Assembly: GCA_049472215.1 (NCBI GenBank)
Contig: JBLIRH010000002.1
Span: 23,815-87,814, forward strand
Direction of reading: 5' to 3'
Origin: Thermoplasmatota archaeon
GTDB lineage: Archaea; Thermoplasmatota; Penumbrarchaeia; Penumbrarchaeales; Penumbrarchaeaceae
Length of the DNA: 64,000 bases
Below the pieces are notes generated by a model. The model was not told the origin of the DNA. It saw only the letters and a list, made by a program, of their open reading frames with translations, and ran no database searches. The position numbers were made by a program, and so were the translations under genes. Of the stretch, positions 62,096 through 64,000 are shown one piece after another (the first letter of the stretch is position 1; every line of letters starts with the position of its first letter).

Positions 62096-63307
62096 ATGTT
62101 CCTCACACTGGTTCTCAAATCCTTCAAGATGAGAAAGTCCAGATATATCCTACCTACGGTTTCACTCTTGATCGGCATATCCATGATCACCTCCCTGGTG
62201 ATGGTATCCTTGGAAACGGAAGACAGGATCGCTCGAGGTTTACGGGCCTTCGGCCCCAATCTCCTTGTTGTTCCCAGGAGCGAAGATATCCAACTCAACG
62301 TGGGTGAGATCAACCTTGGAATGATCACCGAGACCGAGTACATGAGCGAATATGATGCTGTGATGATAAGGGACCTGCCACCCGAGGTCTTCGGTGACAA
62401 GGTCAAGGGCGTACTCGGCAAGAACGCATTGCTTTATTCCAAGGCAAGGGTGGACGGTTCAACGGACATCATCTTTGTAGGCACGTGGTTCGAGGAACTC
62501 GAAAGCATCAATCTTTGGTGGGAAATCTCGGGGAAATATCCCACCGATCATGGTTCCGTTGTTCTTGGTGTGGAAGCGGCACGTGTTCTTAAGAAGGGCA
62601 TTGGAGACAAAGTGAACCTTGATTATTCAGATTACAAGCTTGAGAACGAGACCAAGGTCCCTTTCACATCAAATCGTGACTTCACAATTTCCGGTATCGT
62701 TTCCACCGGAGGGAATGACGATTCGAGGATATTCGGCGATCTTGACATGGTCCAATCATTCACAGGCAAGGAAGGGCTGGTGAACATAATGCACCTATCC
62801 GCTCTCTGTAACGGGTGTCCTCTTGAGGATATTGCAGAGGTTATCGAGAACAACGTGGAGAGTGTCGAGGTAAAGACCGTGAAACAGGTCGCCATGGCGG
62901 AGATGGACACTCTGGATCTTGTTCAGAACCTCGTCGGACTGATCACTGTCATCTCCCTCGGGGCTTCCATACTTGCAGTTATGACCACGCTGAGCTTGAG
63001 CGTGGTGGAGAGAAGGAAAGAGATCGGCCTGATGAAAGCGGTTGGGGCCCATAATCTGAACATCTCGATGATCTTCATTGGGGAAGGGATCATTATATCG
63101 ATCGTTTCCGGCATACTTGGATTCGTTTCAGGTATCGGCATCTCGCAATTGATAGGCCAGTATGTATTCGGGACCTCTGTAGGAGTAAGGTACGAGTTGA
63201 TCCTCCTCTCTTTGCTAACTGCCCTGGGTATAGTGTTCATCGCAGCGATATTTCCCCTTAGGAAGGCCATGATGGTTGACCCGGCCGTTGTCCTGAGAGG
63301 TGAATGA
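62096..63307 (+). CDS. ABC transporter permease, FtsX/MacB type
   Basis: MFLTLVLKSFKMRKSRYILPTVSLLIGISMITSL is the typical N-terminal TM helix. A large periplasmic-type loop follows, then a C-terminal FtsX domain (RRKEIGLMKAVGAHNLNISMIFIGEGIIISIVSGILGFVSGIG). Confidence 0.8.
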   Translation: MFLTLVLKSFKMRKSRYILPTVSLLIGISMITSLVMVSLETEDRIARGLRAFGPNLLVVPRSEDIQLNVGEINLGMITETEYMSEYDAVMIRDLPPEVFGDKVKGVLGKNALLYSKARVDGSTDIIFVGTWFEELESINLWWEISGKYPTDHGSVVLGVEAARVLKKGIGDKVNLDYSDYKLENETKVPFTSNRDFTISGIVSTGGNDDSRIFGDLDMVQSFTGKEGLVNIMHLSALCNGCPLEDIAEVIENNVESVEVKTVKQVAMAEMDTLDLVQNLVGLITVISLGASILAVMTTLSLSVVERRKEIGLMKAVGAHNLNISMIFIGEGIIISIVSGILGFVSGIGISQLIGQYVFGTSVGVRYELILLSLLTALGIVFIAAIFPLRKAMMVDPAVVLRGE

Positions 63308-63989
63308 ATTGGCCGATGATGTCCTGGTCGAGATCAAGGGTGTAAATAAGATCTATCCTCCAAAAACCAAGGCTCTGGATGAGATCGATCTGAAGATCTT
63401 CGATGGCGATTGGACTGTGATCATGGGTCCTTCAGGGTCTGGAAAGACCACGCTTCTTAATCTGATCTCCTGCCTTGACAGACCTTCTTATGGAGAGATC
63501 AAGGTCCTTGGGGAGGATCCGAATAGCATGTCAGATCGTACGCTCGCGGTCTTCAGAAGGAACAATATAGGCATGATCTTTCAGCAGTACCATCTCATAC
63601 CATACCTCTCAGCTTTGGAAAACGTGGAGATCGCTCAATATTTTCACAGTATTGTCGATAGGGATTCGGCGAAAGAAGCATTGGTCCGGTTCGGCATGGA
63701 AGACCGCCTTGACCATATTCCCTCGAAACTTTCAGGAGGGGAACAACAAAGAGTCTCGATCGCAAGGGCTCTGATCAACGAACCGAGATTGATCCTTGCC
63801 GATGAACCCACAGGGAACCTTGACAGGAAGAACGGCCTCAGGATAATGGAGATCCTCAAAGAGCTCAACTCGAAGGGAATGACAATAGTATTCGTTACCC
63901 ATGATAATGAACTTGCTTCATGGGGCGATCGGATCGTAAAGCTGGAGGATGGCAGGATCGCTGATGATATTCAGAACGACAACAGGTGA
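63300..63989 (+). CDS. ABC transporter ATP-binding protein (MacB/LolD-like)
   Basis: GPSGSGKTT is Walker A, LSGGEQQRVSIARAL is the signature and LILADEPTGNLD is Walker B. VTHD is the H-loop. The GTG start overlaps the permease stop. Confidence 0.9.
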   Translation: MNELADDVLVEIKGVNKIYPPKTKALDEIDLKIFDGDWTVIMGPSGSGKTTLLNLISCLDRPSYGEIKVLGEDPNSMSDRTLAVFRRNNIGMIFQQYHLIPYLSALENVEIAQYFHSIVDRDSAKEALVRFGMEDRLDHIPSKLSGGEQQRVSIARALINEPRLILADEPTGNLDRKNGLRIMEILKELNSKGMTIVFVTHDNELASWGDRIVKLEDGRIADDIQNDNR

Positions 63990-64000
63990 TCGAATGGCAA

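Noticed and set aside
1-64000. Search by eye for CRISPR arrays, tRNA or rRNA genes, transposases, integrases and prophage genes
   Set aside because: No regularly spaced direct repeats were seen. The intergenic regions are short (mostly under 200 nt) and none folds into a cloverleaf as I read them. No product resembles a transposase, integrase or Cas protein. A tRNAscan or Infernal run would be needed to be certain.

Overview
This window reads as archaeal chromosome. The markers are class I lysyl-tRNA synthetase, CDP-archaeol synthase, a geranylgeranyl reductase with its own ferredoxin, TrmY, a short Thermoplasma-type LplA, TATA-like boxes about 25-30 nt upstream of several starts, and GGAGGTG-type ribosome-binding sites inside operons. 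A Thermoplasmatota-like origin is my inference only. I support about 60 protein-coding genes, a few promoter and terminator candidates, and no rRNA, tRNA, CRISPR array or mobile element. Three things stand out.

1. A tightly coupled five-gene minus-strand operon (39258..44763, with hypE just upstream) combines a [NiFe]-hydrogenase large subunit, a NuoE/NuoF-type flavin module and a single polypeptide. That polypeptide fuses the proximal-cluster half of a [NiFe] small subunit, a 2x[4Fe-4S] ferredoxin and a full-length [FeFe]-hydrogenase H-domain. This hybrid hydrogenase is the most unusual system in the window.

2. Eight very large C-terminally anchored surface proteins (beta-helix, PKD, cadherin-like, FN3 and TSP3 modules) occur here. 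Two are anchored S8 subtilases, and one carries a cytoplasmic double zinc ribbon.

3. Several small uncharacterised operons are present: a trio of KaiC/RecA-like paralogues behind a TPR protein, and a five-gene coiled-coil/PRC-barrel cluster.

Housekeeping genes fill the rest. All calls come from reading the translations and the DNA by eye. No searches or computations were run.
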